Source of the DNA: Candidatus Iainarchaeum sp.
GTDB taxonomy: Archaea > Iainarchaeota > Iainarchaeia > Iainarchaeales > GCA-2688035
Direction of reading: 5' to 3'
NCBI GenBank assembly: GCA_017610205.1
Contig: JAFCCL010000004.1
Span: forward strand, 58,220-122,219
Length of the DNA: 64,000 nt
Part shown: positions 18,562 to 29,287 of the stretch, in pieces
How positions within the stretch are numbered: position 1 is the first letter of the stretch
Layout of the letters: the number at the start of each line of letters is the position of its first letter
Position numbers and translations under genes: made by a program
Notes under the pieces: model-generated
What the model saw: the letters and a program-made list of their open reading frames with translations, nothing else
What the model was told of the DNA's origin: nothing
The model's database searches: none

Positions 18562-19923
18562 TTAATTTTTCTGTGGCAATTTAGGCTGTTCAGCCACAGG
18601 CTGTTCAGCAGGCTCCTCAGCTTCAGGCTTTTCAGCCACAGACTCTTCCGTTGCCTCTTCTTTAGCAGGAGCTTCCTCAACTTTACGCTCTTCAGTGTCA
18701 GGCTGTGCAGGTTTAGATTTAGAGGTTTTGTTTTGAAGTGCAACAAGTCCAGGCAGTTCTTTTCCACTAAGGTATTGCAACAGTGCTTTGCCTGCAAGGG
18801 AAATGTGTGAAAAATCCTTTTCTGAAAAATCAACCTGCTCCAATGCTGTTTCAGTATCACCGCCCCCAATTATGGAAAATGCCCTGCTTTTGCTTATTGC
18901 ATTAAAAACCCTTTTTGTCCCAATTTCAAAATCCATTCTTTCAAATATTCCCATTGGCCCGTTTGCTACAACAAGTTTTGCTCCCTTTAATGCTTCCTTG
19001 AATTCTGCAACTGTTTCTGTTCCAATGTCAAAAATAGAATTTTCTTTTGGAAGCTCTGAAATTGAAATTTCTTCCCTTTCATCAGAATCATCCATTATTG
19101 CAACGTCAACAGGCAAAATAATTTTTTCGCCGTAATTTTCCAAAATCTGTTTTGCCGGTTCAACCAATTCATTGAATCCTTTTTCCTCAAAAAATTTGTC
19201 TTTTTCGCCAAGCACAATGCCTTTTGCTTTCAAAAACAGCTCGCCAAGCAAGCCACCTGCACAAATTTTGTCAGCTTTTTGTTTTCCAAAAAGCTCGTTT
19301 ATCAAATAAATACTGTCCTTTATTTTTGAACCGCCCAAAACAAAAACACAGGGCTTTTCATTTGAATCAAAGTGCTTTAATGCTTCAAGCTCTGCTTCAA
19401 GAACATGGCCAACAAAGGACGGAAGCAATGGAATAAATCCTATAACACTTGGCTGGCTTCGGTGGCAAACGCTTAAGGCATCCTCAACAAACATTTGGGA
19501 AACAGAAGCAATCTTTTGAACCCACTCAATCTTTGAAGCATCTTCCGGAGTAAAATCCTGCTCTTCGTTGTCATGAAAGCGCACATTTTCCATTAAAACA
19601 ATGCCACCTTTCTGCATTTCCTTAATGGTTGTTTCGTAATTTGAATCCCACGGCAAAAGCTTTACTTCTTTTTCAGCCATCTCAGACAATTCTTCGGCAT
19701 GTGGCTTTAGGGAAACACAGTCATCCTGCCCTTTTCTTCCCTGATGGGCAAGCACAACAAGCTTTGCATTCTTTTCAGACATTTCCTTTAATGTTTTGGA
19801 ATAGGCTCTAAGCCTTGCATTCTCAAACAGCTCTCCGTCTTCAACATTACTGTTTAAGTCAACTCTTATCACAATTGTTTTGCCAGAAATGTTTTCATCC
19901 TTTAAAAATTTGTAATCTCCCAT
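18562..19923 (-). CDS. pgk: Phosphoglycerate kinase with acidic C-terminal tail
   Basis: RVDLN, LAHQGR, MENVRF, LGGSK, NGPMGIFE, GGGDT and HISLAG.A. Confidence 0.95.
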   Translation of the reverse strand: MGDYKFLKDENISGKTIVIRVDLNSNVEDGELFENARLRAYSKTLKEMSEKNAKLVVLAHQGRKGQDDCVSLKPHAEELSEMAEKEVKLLPWDSNYETTIKEMQKGGIVLMENVRFHDNEEQDFTPEDASKIEWVQKIASVSQMFVEDALSVCHRSQPSVIGFIPLLPSFVGHVLEAELEALKHFDSNEKPCVFVLGGSKIKDSIYLINELFGKQKADKICAGGLLGELFLKAKGIVLGEKDKFFEEKGFNELVEPAKQILENYGEKIILPVDVAIMDDSDEREEISISELPKENSIFDIGTETVAEFKEALKGAKLVVANGPMGIFERMDFEIGTKRVFNAISKSRAFSIIGGGDTETALEQVDFSEKDFSHISLAGKALLQYLSGKELPGLVALQNKTSKSKPAQPDTEERKVEEAPAKEEATEESVAEKPEAEEPAEQPVAEQPKLPQKN

Positions 19924-20003
19924 TTTTTAACGCCTCCCGATAGGAATTTCTTCAAATGCCCCAATAAGAAAAGGGATTATGAGAATAAAAAGCTATTTGC
20001 TCT

Positions 20004-21008
20004 TTACAAGCCCTTTTTTGCAAGAAAAAGCACAAAATCAGCAAGCAATGAACTGTAACCCCACTCGTTGTCATACCATCCAAGTACTTTTACCTGCCGT
20101 CCATTAACTTTTGTTAGCTTGCTGTCAAAAATGCACCCGTGGGGGTTTGCAATAATGTCAGTGCTTACAAGGTCTTGTTCACTATATTCAAGATTTCTTG
20201 CCAAAGGACCTGAAGCAGCCTTTTTGAACAATGCATTGACTTCCTCAGCACTTGTTTCCTTTTTCATGCTACAGGTAAAGTCAGTAATGCTGCCTGTTGG
20301 AACAGGAACGCGAACAGCCATTCCATCAAGATTTCCCTTCAAATCAGTAAAAATTGTTGAAATTGCCTTTGTAGCACCTGTACCTGTCGGAATCATATTT
20401 ATTGCAGCAGCCCTTGCCCTTCTTGGATCAGAATGAGGGCCATCAACCAGATTCTGATCTGAGGTATAAGCATGAATTGTAGTAAGAAAACCTTTTTCAA
20501 TTCCAATATTTTCGTGCAAAACCTTTACCATTGGAGCAAGGCAATTTGTTGTACAGGAAGCCATGCTTACAACATCTTCTTTTGAAGAATTGTAATTTGC
20601 TGTGTTAATATTCAAAATATACTGGTTGCAAATTTGGCCTTTTGGAGGAGCACTAATAACCACCTTTTTTGCACCGGCGTTAACATGCACTCTTGCCTGA
20701 TCAGCACTCCTAAAAATTCCAGTGCTTTCCAAAACAACGTCAACTTTTAAAGCCTTCCAAGGAAGCTTGCCTGGATCTTTTTCTGCCAAGGCAGCAACAT
20801 TTTTTCCGCCAACAGTAATACTGTTCTTGTCGGATTTTACATCCTTGTCAAATTTTCCGTAAACGCTGTCAAATTGAAGAAGATTTGCAAGAGTTTCGTT
20901 TTCGGTCAAGTCATTTATTGCAACAACATCAATTCCTTTTGTTTCAAGCATTGCCTTAAATGCCTGCCTTCCAATTCTGCCAAAACCATTAATTGCAACC
21001 CTAACCAT
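20004..21008 (-). CDS. gap: Type I (bacterial-type) glyceraldehyde-3-phosphate dehydrogenase
   Basis: AINGFGRIGR, ASCTTNCLAP, RRARAAA.NMIPT.TGA and WYDNEWGYS. Confidence 0.97.
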   Translation of the reverse strand: MVRVAINGFGRIGRQAFKAMLETKGIDVVAINDLTENETLANLLQFDSVYGKFDKDVKSDKNSITVGGKNVAALAEKDPGKLPWKALKVDVVLESTGIFRSADQARVHVNAGAKKVVISAPPKGQICNQYILNINTANYNSSKEDVVSMASCTTNCLAPMVKVLHENIGIEKGFLTTIHAYTSDQNLVDGPHSDPRRARAAAINMIPTGTGATKAISTIFTDLKGNLDGMAVRVPVPTGSITDFTCSMKKETSAEEVNALFKKAASGPLARNLEYSEQDLVSTDIIANPHGCIFDSKLTKVNGRQVKVLGWYDNEWGYSSLLADFVLFLAKKGL

Positions 21009-21148
21009 AAAACCATCCCCTGCATTTGCCGCAAAAAAATAATGCTATAAAATTGACAGCTTTAAATAATAAAAAAGCTTGCTTTGAAAAAAAAGAAAAG
21101 GGTTTTTAATAACCTAAACAATACAACCTAAAAAAAGAGGCGCTTTTT

Positions 21149-22369
21149 TTGTTACTTGGCACAAAAAAAACATTCGTAAAAAAAACAGCAATAGTACTTG
21201 GATTAATGCTTGCATTTGCAGCATTAAGCACCTCAGGGTTTTGCAAAAGCGAAACAGGCTTTTCAATCATTGTGTTGCCAGACACCCAAAAATACAGCGA
21301 ATCATTTCCACAAATATTTGACATTCAAACAAATTGGATTGCGAACCAGGCAGGTGACCAAAACATTGTTTTTGTAATGCATTTAGGAGACATTGTTCAG
21401 GATTGGAATGACGAAAGCCAGTGGCAAAATGCAAGCAAAAGCATTGGTGTGCTTGACGGAAATGTTCCCAATTCAGTTCTGCCAGGAAACCATGATATGT
21501 CTTCCAAAGAAGAAACAGAAAAATTCAACCAGTACTTTGGCTTGGAACGCTATAAGGACTCTGAATGGTTCGGAGGAAGCTATCCTGAAGGAACAAATGA
21601 CAACAGCTACCAGTTTTTTTCTGCAGGAGGAAAAGATTACATAACAATAAGCCTAAAGTTTTGCCCTGATGAAAATGCGGTTAGATGGGCAAACAGTATT
21701 CTTCAAAGCAATTTGGACAAAAAGGCAATTGTTGCAACACACGGTTACCTTGGATATAATGGAGAAAGGCATATTCACAACAGAAACGACAATGCATGTG
21801 GTTCCGAAAAAGAAAATACTCAATACATTTGGGACGAAATAATTTATCCGAACGAAAATATATTTCTTGTCTTAAGCGGACATGTTCACGGTGCTGCAAG
21901 AAGAACAGACCCAAACATTGCCGGAACAGATGTTTACCAGATTTTATCAGACTACCAGAGTGAAAAAAATGGCGGAAATGGCTGGCTTAGAATAATGGAA
22001 TTTTTGCCAGGGGAAAACAGAATCAGGGTAAAAACCTTTTCGCCATATCTGAATGAATTCAAAAGCGATTCAAGAAACGAATTTTTTCTCGGAGAATGCC
22101 TTAAAAAAAGCGAATGCAGGGAAGAAGAACTGTGCTGTGAAGGCAAATGCACAAAGGCAAAATGCATTGCAGATGCAGATTGCCAATCAGGCCAAATTTG
22201 CCTCAATTCAGGAGAATGCAATTCAACATGTTATGAAAACATTAAAGAAAAAGAACTGGAAATTCAGTCATTTAAAACATTTTCTTTAATTGCAGCAATT
22301 TCAATAATTATTTTTGGAATAGTCCTAGTCATTTTTGGCAAACAAATAATTGACCAGGGCAAAAGCTAA
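21149..22369 (+). CDS. Secreted, membrane-anchored metallophosphoesterase with Cys-rich linker
   Basis: Signal peptide, motifs PDTQ, HLGDIV, GNHD, TH and SGHVH, Cys-rich repeat and C-terminal TM helix. Confidence 0.88.
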   Translation: MLLGTKKTFVKKTAIVLGLMLAFAALSTSGFCKSETGFSIIVLPDTQKYSESFPQIFDIQTNWIANQAGDQNIVFVMHLGDIVQDWNDESQWQNASKSIGVLDGNVPNSVLPGNHDMSSKEETEKFNQYFGLERYKDSEWFGGSYPEGTNDNSYQFFSAGGKDYITISLKFCPDENAVRWANSILQSNLDKKAIVATHGYLGYNGERHIHNRNDNACGSEKENTQYIWDEIIYPNENIFLVLSGHVHGAARRTDPNIAGTDVYQILSDYQSEKNGGNGWLRIMEFLPGENRIRVKTFSPYLNEFKSDSRNEFFLGECLKKSECREEELCCEGKCTKAKCIADADCQSGQICLNSGECNSTCYENIKEKELEIQSFKTFSLIAAISIIIFGIVLVIFGKQIIDQGKS

Positions 22370-22415
22370 CCGCTGCAATTGCAGCAAATACAAGGACAGT
22401 AAAGTAAGGCAGCAG

Positions 22416-24161
22416 CTAACTAAAATTACTTGCCTTAAATGTTTTGACATCCTTCCCGTCAAAAAACAGTAAAAATGCATTTTTGCAATCTTGCTCAGGC
22501 AAAGTTATTTCAATTGATTCAAACTCCAAAGTATGGTCAAAGTTTACGGTTATTTCCCTTGAATTAATTTGGCCCCTTGCCCAAAACATTGCCGGAAAAA
22601 TCCTTGCTGTTTTTCTATACAGGTCTTTTTTGCTTTCCAGCAAAAAAACACAATTGTCTTTCTGGCTGAAAGAAAACTGGTTTTCGTCCAAACCCAAATC
22701 CAAAATAGTAGAACTTGACAGGGAAAAGACATCCAAATTTTTTTGAGGAAAACTAAAATCAAGCATTGCCTGTACAGAAGCCCAGTTAACCATAAAAAAC
22801 TGGTAATCAAAACCCTTTTCAGGAAAAAATAAAATTGCAGGATAGTTTACCAAATAAATTGTACTCTCATCCGGAAGCATTTCAGCAGCATTCACTGTCT
22901 GACTCAAAACAGATTGAGTCATTTTTCCAGCAGCCAAAGGCTGTTCATAGCTTACAAAAAGCGGAGAAAACAAAAAAAAGGAAATGAAAAGAAAGGCAAT
23001 AAAAAATGAAAGAATTTTTGACAAATTGCTTTTGCAAAACCTTTTGCAATTCCTTTCAAGAAAAATTGACAAAAGAAGAACAAACGGAACAAGTGGAACA
23101 TAAGAATACCACGGCATCATAAGGCCAAAAGCTGAAAAGAAAAAAAGAAAAATGAAAAACCAAAGGAAAAGAAACAGTACAGGCTTGTCTTTCTTTTTCC
23201 TTGAAAAAAACCACAAAGCAAAAGCAGTAATTGCAATAACAGAAATTAAAACCGGTACAAATGCAAAAGGGTTAACCAGCAGGGCATAAATCGGTTTTAG
23301 TAAATCAATTTTGAGAAAACCAACCGGATAGAAAAGAAGTTTGAAAAAAATAATTGACGCCCTTGCATTGTTTGGAACAAACTGGTTTGTGTAACCGCCT
23401 ATTCTTCCAAGCGAAAAAAGCATTAAGGCAAAATACAATGCAATCAGGGAAAAAAACGGAACGCAGAGTTTTAAAGATCTGGTTAAACGCCTTAAAATGG
23501 TTTTTTCTTTTAAGAAAACAAAGCAGTAAGAAAAAAGAACAAACGGAATCAGACAGCCTGTTTCCTTTGAAAAAATGCCAAGCCCGCAGAAAAAAATTGA
23601 AATCAGGAAAAAACGTTGCTTTTTTTCCTCAAAAAATTTCTTCAAAAACAATAAAGATGCAAGCAAAGCAAAAAGAATAAGTGGTTCATGAAGCCTTGAA
23701 ATAAACAAAACGCTGTTCAGGTTAATTGGATTGAGAGCAAAAGCAAGTGCTGCAATAAGGGAAAAAAAACCGCTTTTGTCCCTGATAAGTTTTCTTGCAA
23801 GAAAAAAAACAAGAACACTATTTAACGCATGCAAAGCAAAGCAAAGCAGGTGAAAGGCTGAAAAATTCAGACCGTATAGCATGAAAACAAACCAGTAAAG
23901 CAGGCTTCCAACAGGCCTGTAATTCACACTAATGAAAAAAAAATTCTCCTCAGGCTGGGTAAAAATATTTACCACCTCGCCAAAATCAGTGCCACTATGA
24001 GAAACTATTTTTATTACAGAATCAAACTCCATCAGCTGCATTCCAAAAAACTGGCTGTATGCAAGCATGGAAACAGCCGCAATAAAAAAAACAAGTGTAA
24101 GGGTTTTATTTTTTCCACAAGACATACCATTAACTCTTGTATTAAGTTTAATAAAAAGCAT
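22416..24161 (-). CDS. Multi-pass membrane glycosyltransferase (GT-C/PMT-like)
   Basis: NYRPV, LHALNSVLVF, ALNP, SKE motif and many TM helices. Start codon uncertain. Confidence 0.75.
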   Translation of the reverse strand: MLFIKLNTRVNGMSCGKNKTLTLVFFIAAVSMLAYSQFFGMQLMEFDSVIKIVSHSGTDFGEVVNIFTQPEENFFFISVNYRPVGSLLYWFVFMLYGLNFSAFHLLCFALHALNSVLVFFLARKLIRDKSGFFSLIAALAFALNPINLNSVLFISRLHEPLILFALLASLLFLKKFFEEKKQRFFLISIFFCGLGIFSKETGCLIPFVLFSYCFVFLKEKTILRRLTRSLKLCVPFFSLIALYFALMLFSLGRIGGYTNQFVPNNARASIIFFKLLFYPVGFLKIDLLKPIYALLVNPFAFVPVLISVIAITAFALWFFSRKKKDKPVLFLFLWFFIFLFFFSAFGLMMPWYSYVPLVPFVLLLSIFLERNCKRFCKSNLSKILSFFIAFLFISFFLFSPLFVSYEQPLAAGKMTQSVLSQTVNAAEMLPDESTIYLVNYPAILFFPEKGFDYQFFMVNWASVQAMLDFSFPQKNLDVFSLSSSTILDLGLDENQFSFSQKDNCVFLLESKKDLYRKTARIFPAMFWARGQINSREITVNFDHTLEFESIEITLPEQDCKNAFLLFFDGKDVKTFKASNFS

Positions 24162-24197
24162 CCTATTTTAAAAAAAAGACTTGGCATAAAAGCAAAA

Positions 24198-24905
24198 TCA
24201 AAAAACCAAACCTTCTTTTTGAAGCATTTTCTTCAGCTTATACAAAGAAAAAGCAAACGAGAGTGTTTCCATGTTTATCTTCATTTTGCTTCCGTGAACA
24301 TAGCTCCAGTTAATAGGAATCTCGCCAATTGAAGAATTTTTTGCTTTTAATCTTGCAAGCAATTCAACATCAAAAATCCACCTGTCTGAAACCAATGAAG
24401 GCAAAACATGCTTTGCAATTTCACTTCTAAAGCCCTTAAAGCCGCATAACAAATCACTGCAGCCAAAGCCAAAAAGCCAATCAGCATAAAAATTAAAAAG
24501 TTTGCTTAAAACCATTTTCACAAAAGGCTTTTTTGAAATAATTTTAGAATCAGGCAGGTTCCTTGAACCAAACACTGCATCAAATTTTCTTAAAGCAGAA
24601 CGCATCTTTGGAAGCTGGGAAGCAGACGTTGCCCCATCAGCATCTGCAATCACAATAAAATCACCTTTGGCAGCCATTATTCCGGTTCTAACCGCAGCTC
24701 CCTTTCCAAGATTTCTTTCATGCTTCAAAATCCTAACCTGTTTTTTAAAACTGTTTAAAATCTGCAATGTTGCATCAGAACTTCCGTCGTCAACAACAAT
24801 CAGCTCGCCAACCCAGGAATTCTTTTCCGCAAAATCAACAAGCTCTTTGAGAAATGGCACAATTCTATCCTGCTCATTAAATGCCGGAACAACAACAGAA
24901 AGCAT
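24198..24905 (-). CDS. GT2 glycosyltransferase (dolichyl-phosphate glucosyltransferase-like)
   Basis: VVVPAFNE, VDDGSSD, NLGKGAAVRTG, DADG, CGFKGF and FDVELL. Confidence 0.93.
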   Translation of the reverse strand: MLSVVVPAFNEQDRIVPFLKELVDFAEKNSWVGELIVVDDGSSDATLQILNSFKKQVRILKHERNLGKGAAVRTGIMAAKGDFIVIADADGATSASQLPKMRSALRKFDAVFGSRNLPDSKIISKKPFVKMVLSKLFNFYADWLFGFGCSDLLCGFKGFRSEIAKHVLPSLVSDRWIFDVELLARLKAKNSSIGEIPINWSYVHGSKMKINMETLSFAFSLYKLKKMLQKEGLVF

Positions 24906-24997
24906 GAGTATTTACCTTTTGAAAACTGTTAATAATCAAAACCAAAACATTTTATTGCAGTTTTCATCTTTATTTGCACCACTGGCAATTGAACATA

Positions 24998-25711
24998 TTA
25001 AGGATAACCATAGACGTCACAAGAATAATCCGAAAAACAATCAGAGTCATCACAGTCAGGAAGACTGTCAGCGTCATTGTCAAACGAGTCAGAACAATTA
25101 TACTCAGTTCCATACTCACAGGTTCCACCACCAGGACCAGCTAGACCGTCACAGTCTTCATCAGCACAATCTATATCACCGTCACCGTCATCATCAATGC
25201 TATTGTTGCAGATTTCTGTTGGAGATGGGGGAGAAACTACTTCACCAGAAGATAATCCGGTAATCACAACAGATTGTTCAAGTTCAAAAATGTCAGTATA
25301 GTCCATGTTAATTGTTCCTGAACCACTGCCTGAATAGTTGATTCCTGCAAACAACAATTCACCACCTGCCAAAATCACAATATCGTATTCACCATTATCA
25401 CTAATCGACACATCATTCAAAAAAACCGACGGGCTAAAGCCAAAACTTCCCTTAAGGTCAACATCGGTAACAGTAATTCTTCCACCAGTAGCATTTTGAA
25501 GCAAAACAGTTACTTGGCCTCCATCAGTACTGTTGCCTTTGACCAGTATTTTTCCAGGGACTGATGATGAAAAAGAAAGAGTCTCTGTTGGTGGCGAAAT
25601 AATGAAAACCATGACCCCTATAATTGTTGCGATTATTATAAGCGCCCATCCATAAGTTACTAAATATTCAAGACCAGCCTGGGCTTTTGAACTAAGGGGA
25701 TTTAAAACCAT
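24998..25711 (-). CDS. Type IV pilin-like protein with C-terminal Cys/Asp-rich Ca-binding-type repeats
   Basis: KA|QAGLEYLVTYGWAL, followed by two C..DxDxDGxxDCxDxDC repeats. Confidence 0.85.
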   Translation of the reverse strand: MVLNPLSSKAQAGLEYLVTYGWALIIIATIIGVMVFIISPPTETLSFSSSVPGKILVKGNSTDGGQVTVLLQNATGGRITVTDVDLKGSFGFSPSVFLNDVSISDNGEYDIVILAGGELLFAGINYSGSGSGTINMDYTDIFELEQSVVITGLSSGEVVSPPSPTEICNNSIDDDGDGDIDCADEDCDGLAGPGGGTCEYGTEYNCSDSFDNDADSLPDCDDSDCFSDYSCDVYGYP

Positions 25712-25951
25712 AGCTAAAATATAAAAAGCAAACTAATATATAAAAGCTTATTTTATCAAACTTTGAGAAAAAAATTATTTAAAACAATAAACAGGTTTCA
25801 AGAACAGGCCTTGCCTGGGGTTTTTTTGCATTCAAAAAAAGAGAAGCAGGAAGAAGTATTTAATTATTACATTGCTCAAAGGATAGCTATTTTTAAACTT
25901 TATAATAATAATAATATCATTAATGAACTTCTTTTTGAAGAGGTGTTTTTT

Positions 25952-27385
25952 TTGAAGATTAACCCGTATATTTTTAGAAACTATGACATTCGAGGCATTG
26001 TTCCAGACGAATTAAATGACAAAGAAGTTGAAGCCATAGGAAAGGCTTTTGGAACCTTTTTGCGAAGAAGAAAAATACTGCAGGCAGTAGTAGGCAGGGA
26101 TTGCCGTTTAAGCGGAAAAAAATTTCAAAAAATATTCATCAAAGCTTTGACTGAAATTGGAATTGATGTCATAGACATTGGAATGGTTATGACTCAAATG
26201 GTTTACTATGGGCAATACAGATTCCAGACTAATGGAGGAACCATGATTACCGCATCCCACAACCCGCATAATTTTAATGGATTTAAACTGTGCATTGGTT
26301 TTTCCAAAACCACTGAAATTAAGGAATTGGAGGAAATAAGAAAAACTGTGGAAACTGAAAATTATTTCAAATCCGAAAAAAAGGGAACAGTGGTAAAAAA
26401 AGACATCAAAGACGATTACAACAATGATGTCCTGAAAAGAGTGAAGATTAAAAAAAAGTTTAAAGTGGTTGTTGATTTTAGGCACGGTACACCTGCACTC
26501 TATGTGCCTGAGTTGTTCAAAATGGCTGGCTGTGAAGTAATTAGTAAAAGAGCCAATGTTGACGGAAGCTTTCCTGATGGAACACCTGACCCTACAGACG
26601 AACGTTTTATGAAAGAACTGGCTAAAAGCGTTGTGGAAGAAAAAGCCGATTTTGGAATGGCTTTTGACGGAGACGGGGACAGAATTGGCACAGTTGACGA
26701 AAAAGGAAGGATTTTGTGGAACGATGTGCTTGTAGCAATTTTTGCAAAAGAAATACTTGGAAGGTTTCCTAAATCAAAAATAATTTACAACACGCTTTGT
26801 TCACAGGTTGTTAAAAAAGTCATTGAAAAAAATGGCGGAATTCCAATTATGTGGCTGACAGGACATGCATTCATTAAATCCAAAATTGCTGAAGAAGACG
26901 CCGCTTTTGGCGGGGAATTATCAGGGCACTTCTTTTTCAACGAAAACGCTTACGGCCATGATGACGGCACCTACGCCGCTCTGAGGCTAATGGAATATTT
27001 GTCTGAAAAAAACCAGTCACTAAGCCAATTGTATGAAAGTTTTCCGGCATATATTTCTTCGCCTGAAATAAAAATAGGCTGCCCAGATGACAAAAAGGTT
27101 GAGATAATAAAGGATGTGTCTAAAAAATTCAAAAAGAAATTTCCAAACGCAACAATCACCGATGAAAACATTATACCAGACGATGACGGAACAAGAGCTG
27201 ATTTCGATGACGGAATGATTATTTTTAGACACTCACAAAACGGCCCTTATATTACAATTAAATTTGAGGCAAAAGACCAAAAAACATATGACGAAAGAAA
27301 AGTCTATGTCAGAAAAATGCTTGAAAGCTATCCTGAAATGATTTGGAAAGACCAATTATGCGTTAACTTGGATTCATTGAAATAG
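25952..27385 (+). CDS. Phosphomannomutase/phosphoglucomutase
   Basis: IFRNYDIRG, TASHNP, FDGDGDR and GELSGH. Start placed at TTG 25952, after SD GAGGTG. Confidence 0.93.
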   Translation: MKINPYIFRNYDIRGIVPDELNDKEVEAIGKAFGTFLRRRKILQAVVGRDCRLSGKKFQKIFIKALTEIGIDVIDIGMVMTQMVYYGQYRFQTNGGTMITASHNPHNFNGFKLCIGFSKTTEIKELEEIRKTVETENYFKSEKKGTVVKKDIKDDYNNDVLKRVKIKKKFKVVVDFRHGTPALYVPELFKMAGCEVISKRANVDGSFPDGTPDPTDERFMKELAKSVVEEKADFGMAFDGDGDRIGTVDEKGRILWNDVLVAIFAKEILGRFPKSKIIYNTLCSQVVKKVIEKNGGIPIMWLTGHAFIKSKIAEEDAAFGGELSGHFFFNENAYGHDDGTYAALRLMEYLSEKNQSLSQLYESFPAYISSPEIKIGCPDDKKVEIIKDVSKKFKKKFPNATITDENIIPDDDGTRADFDDGMIIFRHSQNGPYITIKFEAKDQKTYDERKVYVRKMLESYPEMIWKDQLCVNLDSLK

Positions 27386-27398
27386 AGGACAGGATGAA

Positions 27399-28175
27399 AT
27401 GAAGAAATCCATTGAATTGGAAACCGCGATTAAGGCAGCAAAGGAAGCCGGAAAAATTCTTTACGAGAGTGCGCAGACAGCAGTTGTTGTGGAAAAAAAA
27501 GACAGGCAGGATATTTGTACTGACGCTGATTTGAAGTCCGAAAAGAAAATAATTGAAATTCTGGAAAAGCAGTTTCCAGAACACAACATTGTTTCAGAGG
27601 AAAAGGGAAGGATTGAAAAGGAATCAGAATTTACATGGATAATTGACCCATTAGATGGAACAAAGAACTATATTAGGGGCATGACTATTTTCACTGTTTC
27701 AATTGCTTTGGCAAAAGGCAGCGAAATAATTCTTGGGGCGGTCTTTGAGCCGGCAACAGGCAGAATGTATTATGCCGAGAAAGGCAAAGGTGCCTTTGTA
27801 GATGGACAAAAGATGAAGGTCTCAAAAATTTCTGAATTGGAAGATGCTCTGGTATATTTTGATAAGGGAAACTTATCCAACCTTGACAAAAATGAATGGG
27901 AAAAAGTAAACAGCCTGCAAAAATCTGTTTACAGAATAAGGGATTTTGGATTAGGGTCACTTGCACTATGCTATCTTGCACTAGGCGGTTATGATGCCTA
28001 CATTGGCGGCAATACAACTAAGATAATGGATATTGCAGCAGGAATAATTATTGCACAGGAAGCAGGTGCAAAAATTAGCGACCAAAAAGGCGGAAAGATT
28101 AACTTGTTTGAAAGCAGGAAGATAATTGCAAGCAATGGCCTTTTGGACAAACAGTTGTTGAAAATTTTTGAGTAG
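27399..28175 (+). CDS. Inositol monophosphatase family protein
   Basis: SEE, WIIDPLDGTKNY and DIAAG..IA.EAG. Confidence 0.93.
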   Translation: MKKSIELETAIKAAKEAGKILYESAQTAVVVEKKDRQDICTDADLKSEKKIIEILEKQFPEHNIVSEEKGRIEKESEFTWIIDPLDGTKNYIRGMTIFTVSIALAKGSEIILGAVFEPATGRMYYAEKGKGAFVDGQKMKVSKISELEDALVYFDKGNLSNLDKNEWEKVNSLQKSVYRIRDFGLGSLALCYLALGGYDAYIGGNTTKIMDIAAGIIIAQEAGAKISDQKGGKINLFESRKIIASNGLLDKQLLKIFE

Positions 28176-28181
28176 AAAATT

Positions 28182-29147
28182 CTATTCGGATTCTTCTCTA
28201 AAAAATTCTGCAGCGTGCTCTGGAGAAACGGTGTTTATGATGCAGCCAGTGCAGTTTTCAAAACCACCCCAGGTAATTAAACGCGGTACAATTTTTACGT
28301 GAATGTGGTGTTTTTTTCCAGGAGGTGCTTCGTGAAAGTAAACATTGAACGGAGCCTGCAATTCTGAAATTTTTGAAAGAGTTTTTTTCAAAAGCTCTGC
28401 AAGTTGCAATATCTCGTCATTGTTCAAATCTGAAAAATGGTTAACGTGTTTTTTTGGAAAAATGCCTGCTTCAAACTCAAAAATCGAAGCATAAGGAGTA
28501 AATGCAAGAAATGAATCATTTTCAGAAATTCTTCTAGGCCCCTTTCTTTCAAGACTAACAACCTTGCAATAGGGGCATTTCCTATGCTTTTTATGATACT
28601 TTGCAATTGCCTTTATTTCCCTTTCAATATTTGCAGGAAGCTTGTTGTAGGCAATTGTTTGCGTGTGCTCGTGCACTAATGAAGTGCCTGCTTCAAGCCC
28701 GTGATTTTTAAACATTGCCACAAATTTTATGCCTGGAATTTTATACAGGGCATCACGCCTTTTGAACAAAAGGCTCAAATACTTTGCAATTCTTTCAACA
28801 GGCAATTCATGAAATTGCTGCTTGTGTCGTGGAGTTTCAACAATAACTTCGTGCTTTCCAAAAGCGTCTCCTTTAGTAAAAAACTCGCCCTCGGTTTTGA
28901 CCTGCGGCTTTCCTTCAGTTGTAACCGCAGGAAACTTGTTTTCAAAAACTCTTAGAACCCACTCCCCGTTTTCTTCAACGCGGGCAATCTCAGGAGGAGT
29001 CATTTTTTCATTTCCCTGACAAAAAGGACAGGGGCCTGAATCATTAATCTTTGGATGTTGTTTGATGAAATCACGCGGCCTTTTGGCCCGCTCGGTGTTG
29101 ACAATCACCCATCTGTCAAAAATATAATCCTTTCTAAGCTCGTGCAT
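28182..29147 (-). CDS. galT: Galactose-1-phosphate uridylyltransferase (GalT family)
   Basis: ELRKD, RAKRP, CPFC, NKFPA, HEVIVETP.H and NHG..AGTSL.HEHTQ. Confidence 0.9.
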   Translation of the reverse strand: MHELRKDYIFDRWVIVNTERAKRPRDFIKQHPKINDSGPCPFCQGNEKMTPPEIARVEENGEWVLRVFENKFPAVTTEGKPQVKTEGEFFTKGDAFGKHEVIVETPRHKQQFHELPVERIAKYLSLLFKRRDALYKIPGIKFVAMFKNHGLEAGTSLVHEHTQTIAYNKLPANIEREIKAIAKYHKKHRKCPYCKVVSLERKGPRRISENDSFLAFTPYASIFEFEAGIFPKKHVNHFSDLNNDEILQLAELLKKTLSKISELQAPFNVYFHEAPPGKKHHIHVKIVPRLITWGGFENCTGCIINTVSPEHAAEFFREESE

Positions 29148-29287
29148 TAATGGCTCACTAAGGCAATTATAATACGGAAAGGGCATTTAAATCTTGCCCA
29201 ACTCCAAAAAGAATAAAAACACGGAATTGCCGGCTATTGTCTAAGGCAAAAGGAATAAAAAGAGGGAAACTGTTACTTGTTTTGATT

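Noticed and set aside
18565-18730. Repetitive Glu/Ala/Pro-rich tail of PGK as a separate element
   Set aside because: It is an ordinary low-complexity in-frame extension with no discrete repeat unit or boundaries.
24502-25263. 253-aa plus-strand ORF and other long antisense ORFs (e.g. 47987-48637, 41714-42322)
   Set aside because: They lie antisense to well-supported genes and have no recognisable motifs.
25763-25951. 63-aa N-terminal extension of the phosphomannomutase in the ORF track
   Set aside because: It looks like AT-rich promoter sequence. Family homology and an SD (GAGGTG) point to TTG at 25952.
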